A stretch of 64,000 nucleotides of DNA from an uncultured Desulfobacterales bacterium (lineage in GTDB: Bacteria > Desulfobacterota > Desulfobacteria > Desulfobacterales > QNYZ01). The notes below the pieces were generated by a model. The model saw only the letters and a list, made by a program, of their open reading frames with translations. It was not told the origin of the DNA and did not search any database. The position numbers were made by a program, and so were the translations under genes. The stretch is from positions 11,511 through 75,510 of the forward strand of contig CAZNZW010000004.1 of assembly GCA_964577615.1 (NCBI GenBank), given 5' to 3'. Positions 1 through 11,495 of this stretch are shown one piece after another. Positions within the stretch are counted from its first letter, which is position 1. The number at the start of each line of letters is the position of its first letter.

Positions 1-1235
1 CCACCGATCCCATCGCCAATGCCGTTTTTTTCAGTATGCTGGCCAATGTGGGGGCCTATGTGGTGGGGTCGCTTTTCAGCCGGTCATCGGCCATGGAGCA
101 TACCCAGGCCGCGCTTTTCGTTGATGTGTTTCGATTTTCGCGCCAGGGACGTGATTCCCCTTTCTGGCGGGGAACGGCATCAATACCTGACCTGCGGGCC
201 CTTCTCGCCCGGTGTCTGGGGGAAGAACGGGCGGATTATGCCCTTTTTGCCTATGCGCAGAAACGGAATCTCAACTGGGACAAAAACGTCACGGCTGATG
301 CCGGGCTGGTGGAGTTTTCCGAAAAACTCCTCGCCGGCGCCATTGGATCCGCATCGGCCCGGGTGATGGTTTCTTCTGTTGTAAAGGAGGAACCGCTGGG
401 AATCGAGGAGGTCATGGGGATACTTGACGAAACCCGTCAGGTCATTGCCCACAGCCAGGAACTTGAAAAAGCGACCGACGAGCTGCGGGCGGCCAACGAG
501 CGTCTCAAAGAGCTCGACAGCCTGAAAGACGAATTTATCTCAACGGTGACCCATGAATTGCGGACGCCGTTGACCGCTGTTCGTTCCATCGCCGAAATCA
601 TTCACGACAGCCCGTCTCTCGGGGCCGAGCGGCGGGTAGAATTTGCCGGAATTATTATCAAGGAAAGTGAACGCCTTACCCGTCTGATCAATCAGGTCCT
701 CGATTTCCAGAAACTTGAGTCCGGCCGGATGGAATGGCAGATGGCAAAGGTTGACCTCTCCTCCGTGCTTCACCGGGCGGTCACCGGCATCAATCAGCTG
801 ATCCAGAACAAACATATACGGATCCATCTGGACCTCCCCGACCAGGTACCTGAAATAGACGGAGACAGGGACCGGCTGGTCCAGGTAATGATCAATCTCG
901 TGGCCAATGCGGTCAAGTTCTGCCCGGCGGATTCGGGCCGGATCGATATTTCACTCGTGGTCAAGCCAGCGGTTGTTCAGATCAATGTCAGGGACAACGG
1001 TTCCGGCATCACCTCTGATGAACAGAAGATCATCTTTGAAAGATTCAGACAGATCGCCGCCTCCGGCAAGGGCCGTCCCTCGGGCAGCGGGCTGGGGCTG
1101 TCGATCACCAAACATATCGTTGAATACCACGGGGGAGATATCTGGGTACAAAGCCGGCGCAATGAAGGGACGGTTTTCTCTTTTACGCTGCCGATTCACC
1201 GGCCGGACCACCACGGGGATCGAAACCGACCGTAA
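1..1235 (+). CDS. Sensor histidine kinase, C-terminal part (5' end is upstream of the window)
   Basis: The frame of ORF 36..1235 stays open back to the window edge. H-box EFISTVTHELRTPLTAV, N-box MINLVANAVKF, G1 VRDNGSGI and G2 GSGLGLSI indicate HisKA + HATPase_c. Confidence 0.9.
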   Translation, partial: TDPIANAVFFSMLANVGAYVVGSLFSRSSAMEHTQAALFVDVFRFSRQGRDSPFWRGTASIPDLRALLARCLGEERADYALFAYAQKRNLNWDKNVTADAGLVEFSEKLLAGAIGSASARVMVSSVVKEEPLGIEEVMGILDETRQVIAHSQELEKATDELRAANERLKELDSLKDEFISTVTHELRTPLTAVRSIAEIIHDSPSLGAERRVEFAGIIIKESERLTRLINQVLDFQKLESGRMEWQMAKVDLSSVLHRAVTGINQLIQNKHIRIHLDLPDQVPEIDGDRDRLVQVMINLVANAVKFCPADSGRIDISLVVKPAVVQINVRDNGSGITSDEQKIIFERFRQIAASGKGRPSGSGLGLSITKHIVEYHGGDIWVQSRRNEGTVFSFTLPIHRPDHHGDRNRP

Positions 1236-1310
1236 CTGCGCCATGCCTGTCCGCCCCGGGCCTGTCAGGTAAACCAATATCCTCAACGCCGGGCTCCGTT
1301 CCGTATCCCA

Positions 1311-3485
1311 TCAGTATTTCAACCGTGCCAGGTAGGTTTTCTGGGAGGCTTCCCTGGCGTCCTTGAGGGTGTAAATCCCCATCTCGAACAATAGCGGAAT
1401 AAGTTTTAAAAAAATATTCGCCGTGGCAATGGTGTCTCCCATCGCCGTATGGCGTCCCTGCACTTTCACGCCCATCCGTCTGGCAATATCCTCCAGCCCA
1501 TGGCCGCTGAGAGACGGATGCACCACGGCGGAGAGCAGAAGCGTATCCAGCACCGGATTGACAAATTTCAGGCCGGTATACCGTTCATTTATCTGCAGCA
1601 GGCGCATATCAAAGGCCGCATTGTGGGCCACCAGGACGGTTTCGTCAGCGAAATCGTAAAACCGGGGCAACACCTCTTCGATCGACGGCTGACCGGCCAC
1701 CATGTCGTCGGTAATCCCATGAAATTTTGTCGATGCGGCCGGAACCGCCCGGCCGGGATTGACCAGCTGATCGAATGGCTCGTCCGGAAGCAGACGGGCA
1801 TTGACAATGCGGACGGCGCCGATGGAGACAATCCGGTCCCCCCCATTGATATCCAGTCCCGTCGTTTCCATGTCAAACACCGTATAGGTCAGATCATCCA
1901 GGCGGCGGCTGTCGATCCGGTCATCCTGCCCCAGCTGATGAAAAAGATCAAAATCAAAAAATTCAGGCCGGCTTTCGGGGAGAATCGCCGCGCTCCTCTG
2001 CCGGAGCGGTTCGGAAGCGGTGTGCGCCGGCATAAAAATCCGGATATGCGGCCGGCTGCCGTCCGTTTTACCCGAATAGGCACCAATGTCCATGTGATGA
2101 TGACCGAGGATTTCTTTCAGCGTGAATGGCAGATGTTCCTCCCCGACCCGGATCGACTGATCTTCCCATATTTTCATCTGTTCGATCTTGACCGGATCGC
2201 CCGCCCAGACCATGTCGAGAACGATAAATCGCCCCGATTTTTTTAAAGACAGGGAAAGGCGGGATTGACCGCTGAAACGGTGCAGCCGGGCCAGGATAAA
2301 AACGGCTGCCAGGGTCATCGAATAGGTGTCGACCCGTACCCATCCACACGATTCATCCGTATCGCAGGTCAGCTGGAAACCGGCTATGCCCGCTGCTTTC
2401 TGAATAATCAGGTCGATCAGGTCCAGATCTTTGATAAACACCAGCGGCCAGCGCGTACCCGCACAGCAGCCGGCATACGCGTCTGATGTCTCGTCCAGTA
2501 CATGGCCCAGGGTCAGGGCCTGCTCATGAATCAAGTGAAAAAGCCGTGTCTTTTGGGCGGTGGACATGTCGGGATAGTCAAGGGTTGTTTCAATGGCCGA
2601 ACGGATGCCGGTAACGGCGGAGCGTACCTGTCGGGTCAACGTCTGCCAGAGAAAACGCGTGCGGCCTTCCACCTTCAGATCGGTCGTGATATCGTAGAGT
2701 ATGAGGACAAACCCGGCAAAGGCGTTGAGGTGATCCAGAATCGGGGCCGCCTCCACCCTGAGTGTCTGTGGATCCCTGTTAAGGACAAAATAGGCAGCCA
2801 TGTCCAGCTCTTTGTCGGCCAGCCGGGATTTCATCTCAGCCACGGCGTGCTGGATCATGTGAGGATCGATGAGATCATGAATCCATCGGCCGAGGCCGAC
2901 GATTTGATACGACCGCTGTTGACGGTCACCATCGCCACGGCGATTATTGCGGTTGGCGGCGAGAAAAAGTTTGGCGTGCTTGTTGTAGAGGAGAATTTTT
3001 CCGGCCGCATTGCAGATGACCACGCCCTCGGGCAATTCCGCCATGAAAGCCGCCAGAATATTTTTCTGGGTTTCCGATTCGGATCGCGCTTCGGTGATCC
3101 GGGCTTCGATGTCGGCCTGTTCCGATTCGATCTGCTCGGCCCATGCATTGATAATACCGGATAGTTTTACCAGCGTGCGGCTGCCGGCCGGCTGAATCCG
3201 GTGGGCAGGGTTCCCCGTGCGGATGAGTTCGGCCTCTTCGGCAATCCGGGCAACCGGAAAGACATACCGCTGCAGTACCCACACCAGTCCCGCGCCCAGT
3301 CCGAGCATCAACGCGCCGGTACCGACCAGGTAAAAGCGCAGTCCGCCCCGCAGGGTATCCGTCAACTGCATCTGTTGCGGGGGCGGCAGAAACAGCCAGA
3401 AAACAGAAAAGATACCGCAGAAAAGAACCAGGGGAAGGAATAAAGCAAAAACAGCCAGCAGATAGAATTTATCGGTCCGATTCAT
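1311..3485 (-). CDS. Membrane sensor fused to a DEDDh 3'-5' exonuclease (2 TM, HAMP/PAS-like region, His-less kinase-like core, DnaQ/Pol III epsilon-like C-terminus)
   Basis: Two N-terminal hydrophobic helices and a PAS-like stretch (AELPEGVVICNAAGKILLYNKHA). The DHp-like stretch FLWQTLTRQVRSAVTGIRSAIE aligns to an H-box but has Arg in place of His. Exonuclease motifs: FDMETTGL, HNAAFDMRLL, HTAMGDTIATA. Confidence 0.8.
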   Translation of the reverse strand: MNRTDKFYLLAVFALFLPLVLFCGIFSVFWLFLPPPQQMQLTDTLRGGLRFYLVGTGALMLGLGAGLVWVLQRYVFPVARIAEEAELIRTGNPAHRIQPAGSRTLVKLSGIINAWAEQIESEQADIEARITEARSESETQKNILAAFMAELPEGVVICNAAGKILLYNKHAKLFLAANRNNRRGDGDRQQRSYQIVGLGRWIHDLIDPHMIQHAVAEMKSRLADKELDMAAYFVLNRDPQTLRVEAAPILDHLNAFAGFVLILYDITTDLKVEGRTRFLWQTLTRQVRSAVTGIRSAIETTLDYPDMSTAQKTRLFHLIHEQALTLGHVLDETSDAYAGCCAGTRWPLVFIKDLDLIDLIIQKAAGIAGFQLTCDTDESCGWVRVDTYSMTLAAVFILARLHRFSGQSRLSLSLKKSGRFIVLDMVWAGDPVKIEQMKIWEDQSIRVGEEHLPFTLKEILGHHHMDIGAYSGKTDGSRPHIRIFMPAHTASEPLRQRSAAILPESRPEFFDFDLFHQLGQDDRIDSRRLDDLTYTVFDMETTGLDINGGDRIVSIGAVRIVNARLLPDEPFDQLVNPGRAVPAASTKFHGITDDMVAGQPSIEEVLPRFYDFADETVLVAHNAAFDMRLLQINERYTGLKFVNPVLDTLLLSAVVHPSLSGHGLEDIARRMGVKVQGRHTAMGDTIATANIFLKLIPLLFEMGIYTLKDAREASQKTYLARLKY

Positions 3486-3856
3486 GCCGGATCGTTGAGC
3501 AGCTTTCTGACATTTTCGATGATATCCATATTGGAAAACGGTTTGATGATATAGGCGTCCGCTCCCAGGACCATCCCCTTGGCCACATCCACATCCCGTC
3601 CCTTGGCGGTTAAAAATATAATTTTAACATGCTGACATTTCGGGTCCAGGCGGATGATTTCACATACCTCATATCCATCGATGCCCGGAAGCATGATATC
3701 CAGCAGAACCAGATCAGGATTATGCTTGCCGATTATTTCCAGCGCTTCTTCGCCGCTGCCGGCCACCAGTACGGTGTATCCGTTTTGTTCCATTAAAAAT
3801 TCGATGGGTACAACAATATTCGGTTCATCATCAACAATCAGAATCGTTTTGGGCAT
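3482..3856 (-). CDS. Stand-alone CheY-like response-regulator receiver
   Basis: ILIVDDEP, LVLLDIMLPGIDG, IIFLTAKG and IIKPF receiver motifs, with no output domain. Its stop overlaps the start of the downstream sensor-exonuclease (ATGA). Confidence 0.9.
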   Translation of the reverse strand: MPKTILIVDDEPNIVVPIEFLMEQNGYTVLVAGSGEEALEIIGKHNPDLVLLDIMLPGIDGYEVCEIIRLDPKCQHVKIIFLTAKGRDVDVAKGMVLGADAYIIKPFSNMDIIENVRKLLNDPA

Positions 3857-3912
3857 GACAGGCGTCCTTACCGCTGGCGGAAGAGTCAGCTTGTGAGAAA
3901 AGTCGGACGGGG

Positions 3913-3940
3913 ATTATGGTTCTCTCTCCCCTCTTTACAA
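3913..3940 (-). promoter_or_regulatory. Candidate sigma70-type promoter of the receiver / sensor-exonuclease operon
   Basis: On the minus strand: TTGTAA (3940-3935), 16-nt spacer, CATAAT (3918-3913), about 55 nt upstream of the ATG at 3856. The -35 lies inside one arm of the palindrome at 3931..3979. Confidence 0.3.
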
Positions 3941-3979
3941 AAAAGGTATTTTCTCCTTTTTACCATATTTTGTAAAGAG
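3931..3979. repeat. 12-bp perfect inverted repeat (CTCTTTACAAAA / TTTTGTAAAGAG)
   Basis: The arms lie within 3931-3944 and 3967-3979, separated by about 24 nt. The repeat sits between the prpE-like stop and the receiver start. It could be a terminator without a U-tract or an operator. Confidence 0.5.
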
Positions 3980-4058
3980 GAAAGAGTATATTTCGCTAAT
4001 ATTTGCCTGCTTCTGACCGATTTTCGCAGTTTCCTGCCCATCTGCCTTTTTGTTGAGC

Positions 4059-5972
4059 CTAAGTATCTCCGGTCCTGGCATAGCCGATATCCCTCAGCGC
4101 GTCCTTCATTTCACCGAGAATCGTGGGATCATCGATCGTCGCAGGGACTTTGTAGGGTTGATTGTCCGCAATCTTCTGAATGGTCCCCCGCAGGATCTTT
4201 CCCGAGCGGGTTTTGGGCAGGCGGGCCACCACGGTTGCGGTTTTGAAGGAAGCGACCGGACCGATGCGGTCCCGCACGGCCTGAATCACTTCTTTGATTA
4301 TTTCGGTCTTATCGCGGCTGACCCCGGCATTCAGGACGAGAAAACCAACCGGGATCTGGCCCTTGAGCTGATCCGCCACGCCAAGAACGGCGCATTCGGC
4401 CACGTCGGGATGATCGGCGAGCACCTCCTCCATGGCCCCTGTAGACAGGCGATGGCCGGCGACGTTGATGATATCATCGGTTCGGGACATGACAAACACA
4501 TAGCCGTCCTCGTCAATGAAACCCGCGTCCGCAGTTTTGTAATATCCCGGGAATTCATCCAGATACGACTCTATATATCGCGCGTCGTTGTGCCACAACG
4601 TCGGCAGACTGCCCGGCGGCAGCGGCAGCTTGACGGTCAGCGCGCCAATCTCGCCAGCCGGTACGGGGTGGTTGTCCGTATCAACCACCTGAACATTCCA
4701 GCCGGGCGCCGGCTTCGTTGGTGAGCCTTCCTTGACCGGATATGGATGCAGCCCCATGCAGTTGGCACAGATGGCCCATCCGGTTTCCGTCTGCCACCAG
4801 TGATCGATGACCGGTACGTTCAGGGCGTTTTCCGCCCAGTGCAGGGTATCCGGATCCAGGCGCTCACCGGCGAGAAAAAGGGTTTCGAATCCGGATAGGT
4901 CGTATTGCCGCATCCGCTCGGCCCGGGGATCCTCGCGCTTGATGGCGCGAAACGCCGTCGGGGCCGTAAAAAGACATTTGACCTTATGATCGGCAATCAC
5001 CCGCCAGAAGACGCCGGCATCCGGCGTGCCCACCGGTTTACCCTCAAAGAGGATTGTGGTGCATCCCCTGAAAAGGGGGCCATAGACAATGTACGAATGC
5101 CCGACAACCCAGCCGACGTCAGAGGCGGCCCAGTAAACATCCCCGGCATCCACATTGTAAATATTTTTCATCGTCCAGTTCAGGGCGACCACATGGCCGC
5201 CATTGTCCCGGACTACGCCTTTGGGTTCACCCGTGGTTCCCGACGTGTAGAGGATATAGAGCGGATCCGTGGCCGCCACCGGTACACAGTCATGGGGCCG
5301 GGCCGCGGCCATGGCCGTCTGCCAGTCCACATCCCGGCCGGCATTCATGTCAGCCGCCTGCTGGGGCCGCTGATAAATCACGCATTTACCGGGCCGGGCA
5401 TCGGCGGTGGACATGTCGATGGCCTCATCGAGAAGCGGTTTATAGGGGATCACACGGGTCACCTCAATGCCACAGGAGGCAGACACAATGACTTTTGGCT
5501 TGGCGTCGTTGATCCGGGTGGCCAGCTCATTGGCGGCAAACCCTCCGAAAACAACGGAATGCACGGCACCCAGACGGGCACAGGCCAGCATGGCGATGGC
5601 GGCCTGGGGAATCATGGGCATGTAGATCAGCACCCGATCCCCTTTTTGAACGCCCAGATCAGCCAGAACGCCGGCAAAACGAGCCGTTTCGTCCCGCAAT
5701 TCTGAAAACGTATAGGTCTTGACGGTATGGGTTACGGGACTGTCATAAATCAGTGCCGCCTGGCCGCCCCGGCCGCTATCAACATGTCTGTCAAGCGCAT
5801 TATAACATGTATTTAGCTCACCACCTGTGAACCATCTATAGAAGGGTTTGTGGGTATCATCCAGCACCTTGTCCCATTTTTTATACCAGTGGATACTCTC
5901 GGCGGCTTCCCCCCAGAAGCCGTCGGGATCCCTGATGGATCGTTCAAAGGCGATTTCATAAGGGTTGGCCAT
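4059..5972 (-). CDS. prpE: Propionate--CoA ligase-like acyl-CoA synthetase (PrpE/Acs family)
   Basis: The start is set at MANPYEIAFERSIRDPDGFWGEAA (ATG 5972, SD AAGGAGGG upstream). FYRWFTGGELNTCYNALDRHV, YTSGTTGEPKG, DHWWQTETG and LPKTRSGKILR motifs are present. The N-terminal pattern resembles PrpE more than Acs. Confidence 0.82.
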   Translation of the reverse strand: MANPYEIAFERSIRDPDGFWGEAAESIHWYKKWDKVLDDTHKPFYRWFTGGELNTCYNALDRHVDSGRGGQAALIYDSPVTHTVKTYTFSELRDETARFAGVLADLGVQKGDRVLIYMPMIPQAAIAMLACARLGAVHSVVFGGFAANELATRINDAKPKVIVSASCGIEVTRVIPYKPLLDEAIDMSTADARPGKCVIYQRPQQAADMNAGRDVDWQTAMAAARPHDCVPVAATDPLYILYTSGTTGEPKGVVRDNGGHVVALNWTMKNIYNVDAGDVYWAASDVGWVVGHSYIVYGPLFRGCTTILFEGKPVGTPDAGVFWRVIADHKVKCLFTAPTAFRAIKREDPRAERMRQYDLSGFETLFLAGERLDPDTLHWAENALNVPVIDHWWQTETGWAICANCMGLHPYPVKEGSPTKPAPGWNVQVVDTDNHPVPAGEIGALTVKLPLPPGSLPTLWHNDARYIESYLDEFPGYYKTADAGFIDEDGYVFVMSRTDDIINVAGHRLSTGAMEEVLADHPDVAECAVLGVADQLKGQIPVGFLVLNAGVSRDKTEIIKEVIQAVRDRIGPVASFKTATVVARLPKTRSGKILRGTIQKIADNQPYKVPATIDDPTILGEMKDALRDIGYARTGDT

Positions 5973-6164
5973 TTTTCCCTCCTTATTTCCTGCTGTCAGC
6001 TGCGTTAAAGGTTTGATGGCGGTTTTTCCCCGGGAATAAGGGCTTTCGGATATCGGATGGCGGTCTCGACGATTATCGCCTGCGCGATATCCAGCGATCA
6101 GCGCCCGCAACAGCATACCGCCGGGCGTATCCTCCCCCATTATCCGAAAGCCGGGGCAAACCGG

Positions 6165-8198
<2,034 letters not shown>

Positions 8199-8341
8199 GA
8201 GCTCCCCTCCTCATTTCTGTGTAGATGTTGGTGATTGTCCGATTCGGCGTATCTCGTACCGAATTTTCCAGATACTGCCCGGTGCGAAAACCGCTCTCTG
8301 CGGCATGATACAAACTTTGAATACAATTTATTATTTTATCG

Positions 8342-8371
8342 AGTATAAATTATTTACTGCCCGCATGTCAA
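8342..8371 (-). promoter_or_regulatory. Candidate sigma70-type promoter of acs
   Basis: On the minus strand: TTGACA (8371-8366), 18-nt spacer, TATACT (8347-8342), about 140 nt upstream of the acs ATG. Confidence 0.4.
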
Positions 8372-8438
8372 GAAAATTCTCGTTCATAACGTCTGCCCGC
8401 CCGGATATTTCCCATGCAACAAGCCGCCTTGCAAGGCC

Positions 8439-8984
8439 TCAGCGTTTTGCCTTTTTGATAATGGCCACATCCTCCTCATTGATGACCCCGTCATGATTTA
8501 TATCGGCGGAAAAAGGCGCTTCATTAATCGGAAAAAACAGACCGGCAACCAGATTTCCCGCTTTTTCTTTGAAAAAAGGAAATTGCAGAACCGGCTTTGT
8601 ATTGCCGTAGCGCATATTAATAGTGACAGAGCCTTCTCCGCTGGATTTAAAAATCGGATAGGATTTTCGGACATCATCAATACCCAGCTTTGTCTTTATG
8701 GCCCAGACCTTATAATAATAAAACAATTCTTCGGGACGCCTTTTCCGGTATCGGGCAATCAGCGCGGGCCAGGTGGCGGGAGGGTGACCATTCTCCAATA
8801 TTGTTTTAAGAATATATCGGGTCTGGTTGACTGCCCGCTTGTCCGATATGCTGATCGCCATACGATTCAGTTGAATCAGAATTTCATCAAAAAAACTGGT
8901 CCGATAGTGCCGGGAAAGCAGGAATACAGTACCGTAAACAATTGTTGACAGGAGGATTAAGGTAATCGCGATTCTTTTGGGCAT
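8439..8984 (-). CDS. Hypothetical membrane-anchored protein with a C-terminal EF-hand/dockerin-like Ca-binding loop
   Basis: N-terminal hydrophobic helix (ITLILLSTIVYGTVFLL) and C-terminal DINHDGVINEEDV (D-x-N-x-D-G-x-I-x-x-x-D pattern). The codon usage is visibly more AT-rich than in the neighbouring genes. Confidence 0.55.
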   Translation of the reverse strand: MPKRIAITLILLSTIVYGTVFLLSRHYRTSFFDEILIQLNRMAISISDKRAVNQTRYILKTILENGHPPATWPALIARYRKRRPEELFYYYKVWAIKTKLGIDDVRKSYPIFKSSGEGSVTINMRYGNTKPVLQFPFFKEKAGNLVAGLFFPINEAPFSADINHDGVINEEDVAIIKKAKR

Positions 8985-9157
8985 ATTGTTTTACAGCGCT
9001 CTGAGGGGTTCGTAAAAAACCGAAGCTGTTCAATATCGGGTCCTGAATTATTTTAAAAACCGCTGAGACCCTTCATATTAAACATATTTTTTTATCATAC
9101 CGCAAGCCCCCAGAACAATCAAGCGTCTTCATATATAATAAAAGCATAAAATCTCTC

Positions 9158-9186
9158 TTGACATTAATATGTATTATTGAGATACA
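9158..9186 (+). promoter_or_regulatory. Candidate sigma70-type promoter of the symporter operon
   Basis: TTGACA (9158-9163), 17-nt spacer, GATACA (9181-9186), in an AT-rich divergent intergenic region. Confidence 0.3.
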
Positions 9187-9251
9187 GAAAGTATGATCCC
9201 GTTTAATTTAGTGAACGGTATTTATCAATCTATTACCAAGGAGGGAAAAAG

Positions 9252-9509
9252 ATGAGTGAGAATTCAAGGGAGGAGTACTGGCGACAAAACATCAGACTGG
9301 TCATCGGATGTTTGATCGTGTGGTTTGTCGTTTCTTTCGGGTTCGGTATCATCCTGGTTCATCCGCTCAACGCCATTTCAATCGGCGGTTACAAACTCGG
9401 TTTCTGGTTCGCCCAGCAAGGTTCTATCTATGTCTTTGTGTTTCTGATTTTTTTCTATTCCAATCGGATCGGAAAACTGGATAAAAAATTCGGTGTCGAA
9501 GAAGAATAA
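9252..9509 (+). CDS. Small membrane subunit of a sodium:solute symporter (DUF4212 family)
   Basis: An 85-aa, two-helix protein (YWRQNIRLVIGCLIVWFVVSFGF...GFWFAQQGSIYVFVFLIFFY) located immediately upstream of an SSS transporter. Strong SD (AAGGAGGGAAAAAG-ATG). Confidence 0.85.
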   Translation: MSENSREEYWRQNIRLVIGCLIVWFVVSFGFGIILVHPLNAISIGGYKLGFWFAQQGSIYVFVFLIFFYSNRIGKLDKKFGVEEE

Positions 9510-9522
9510 AAGGAGATAAATC

Positions 9523-11280
9523 ATGAGCTTGAAACTTATGACATACCTTGTTGTGGGGGCGACTTTTGCCCTTTACATTTACATTGCCATTCGCTCCAAA
9601 GCCAAAAACACCGGCGATTTTTACATTGCCAGCAAAGGTGTCCATCCGATTTTCAACGGCATGGCAACCGGTGCCGACTGGATGTCGGCCGCATCGTTTA
9701 TTTCAATGGCCGGTCTGATCGCTTTTCTGGGTTACGACGCATCGGTTTATCTGATGGGCTGGACCGGTGGGTATTGTCTGCTGGCCATGCTGCTGGCCCC
9801 GTATCTCAGAAAGTTTGGAAAATATACCGTTTCCGAATTTATCGGGGAACGGTACTATTCCAATACGGCCAGAATGGTCGCCGTGATTTGCCTGATCACT
9901 GCATCGGTTACCTACGTTATCGGTCAGATGAAGGGCATCGGCGTCGTCTTTTCCCGGTCCCTGGATGTCTCTTTTCAGATGGGTATTTTTATCGGCATGA
10001 TTATCGTTTTTATCTATGCGGTGTTCGGCGGCATGAAGGGCGTCACCAATACCCAGGTTGCTCAATACTGCGTGCTGATATTTGCCTATACCGTACCGGC
10101 CATTTTTATCGCTTTTCAATTGACCGGCATGCCCATTCCCCAGCTGGGGCTTGGCAGTACCATGAGCACCGGCCACGGCATGTACCTTCTGGATAATCTC
10201 GATAAAATCCTTGTTGATCTGGGGTTTGCCAAATATACGGCCCAGAAGATGTCAACAACGAACATGCTCTTTCTGACCATGTCGCTGATGATCGGAACCG
10301 CCGGCCTGCCCCATGTGATCATGCGCTTTTTTACCGTTCCCAGCGTCAAGGATGCCCGCTCATCCGCCGGCTGGGCGCTTGTCTTTATCGCCCTGCTTTA
10401 CACCACGGCGCCGGCCGTGGGTGCCATGGCCCGCATGAATCTGATGCACACGATCCAGAAGGGAGAAGTGGGCAGTGTCGATGGAAACATCGAATATGCA
10501 AAAGTACCAGCCTGGTTCAAAAGCTGGGAAAAAACAGGCCTGCTGAAATTCGAGGATAAAAATGGAGACGGCCGGATTCAGTACTATAGTGAAAAAGGGC
10601 TGAAAAATGCCGCGTCGTACGGCTGGAAAGGCAACGAAATGGTAAAGGTTGACAGGGATATCATGGTTCTTGCCAATCCTGAAATCGCCGGACTGCCCAA
10701 CTGGGTCATCGCGCTGGTCACCGCCGGCGGGATTGCGGCGGCATTGTCCACGGCAGCGGGGCTTCTGCTGGCCATCGCCACCGCGATTTCTCATGACGTC
10801 CTCAAGGGCTGGCTGATGCCGGACATCGATGACAAAAAGGAATTGTTATATTCCCGCATAGCCATCGGCGCCGCCATTCTCGTTGCCGGCTATCTGGGTC
10901 TGAACCCACCGGGTTTTGCCGCGCAGGTTGTGGCGCTGGCCTTTGGTCTGGCGGCATCTTCCATCTTCCCGGCCATCATGATGGGAATCTTTTCAAAGCG
11001 CGTAAACAACAAGGGCGCCGTGGCCGGCATGCTCTGCGGTCTGGGCAGCACCCTGGTTTACATCTTTATTTATAAGGGCTGGTTCTTCTTTAAATCAACG
11101 GCCATGCTCCCCGATAACGTGGGGCACTGGCTGTTCGGTATCAATCCCCAGGCCTTCGGTTTTGTCGGCGCGCTGATCAACTTTCTGGTGGCATATCTGG
11201 TGTCCCGCAGCACCGAACCGCCTCCCGAGAGAATTCAGAAACTGGTTGAGGACATTCGCGTGCCCATTGCCAGCAAATAA
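9523..11280 (+). CDS. Sodium:solute symporter, VC_2705-like subfamily (likely acetate/short-chain carboxylate uptake)
   Basis: A 585-aa polytopic SSS-family sequence paired with a DUF4212 gene. The substrate is inferred only from the acs/prpE context. Confidence 0.88.
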   Translation: MSLKLMTYLVVGATFALYIYIAIRSKAKNTGDFYIASKGVHPIFNGMATGADWMSAASFISMAGLIAFLGYDASVYLMGWTGGYCLLAMLLAPYLRKFGKYTVSEFIGERYYSNTARMVAVICLITASVTYVIGQMKGIGVVFSRSLDVSFQMGIFIGMIIVFIYAVFGGMKGVTNTQVAQYCVLIFAYTVPAIFIAFQLTGMPIPQLGLGSTMSTGHGMYLLDNLDKILVDLGFAKYTAQKMSTTNMLFLTMSLMIGTAGLPHVIMRFFTVPSVKDARSSAGWALVFIALLYTTAPAVGAMARMNLMHTIQKGEVGSVDGNIEYAKVPAWFKSWEKTGLLKFEDKNGDGRIQYYSEKGLKNAASYGWKGNEMVKVDRDIMVLANPEIAGLPNWVIALVTAGGIAAALSTAAGLLLAIATAISHDVLKGWLMPDIDDKKELLYSRIAIGAAILVAGYLGLNPPGFAAQVVALAFGLAASSIFPAIMMGIFSKRVNNKGAVAGMLCGLGSTLVYIFIYKGWFFFKSTAMLPDNVGHWLFGINPQAFGFVGALINFLVAYLVSRSTEPPPERIQKLVEDIRVPIASK

Positions 11281-11304
11281 ATAACCGTTACATCCAAAAC
11301 AAGA

Positions 11305-11340
11305 AAGACGCCGCCCGGATCATGGGAGGCGTCTTTTTTG
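11305..11340 (+). terminator. Rho-independent terminator after the symporter
   Basis: Stem GACGCC (11307-11312) / GGCGTC (11328-11333) followed by TTTTTT (11334-11339). Confidence 0.7.
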
Positions 11341-11495
11341 TTATTTCCGGGTATCGATCCAGATATCGGCCCGGATTCCGGATAAATCCCCCCTCGCCTT
11401 TCCATCATTTTTATAGTACAGTATTCATATTCGCGTTAAGACAAGCTGTCCTGCGCATGAATACGACCTGGCAAGATCCCCACCGAGGAGCGGCC

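Noticed and set aside
5973-6140. 56-codon N-terminal extension of the prpE-like ORF; likewise 11322..11495, 32985..33149, 37685..37756, 41661..41792, 29434..29517 and 40920..40946
   Set aside because: In each case an internal ATG with a good Shine-Dalgarno sequence coincides with the point where family homology, a signal peptide or the first domain begins. The upstream extensions lack homology and often use rare start codons.
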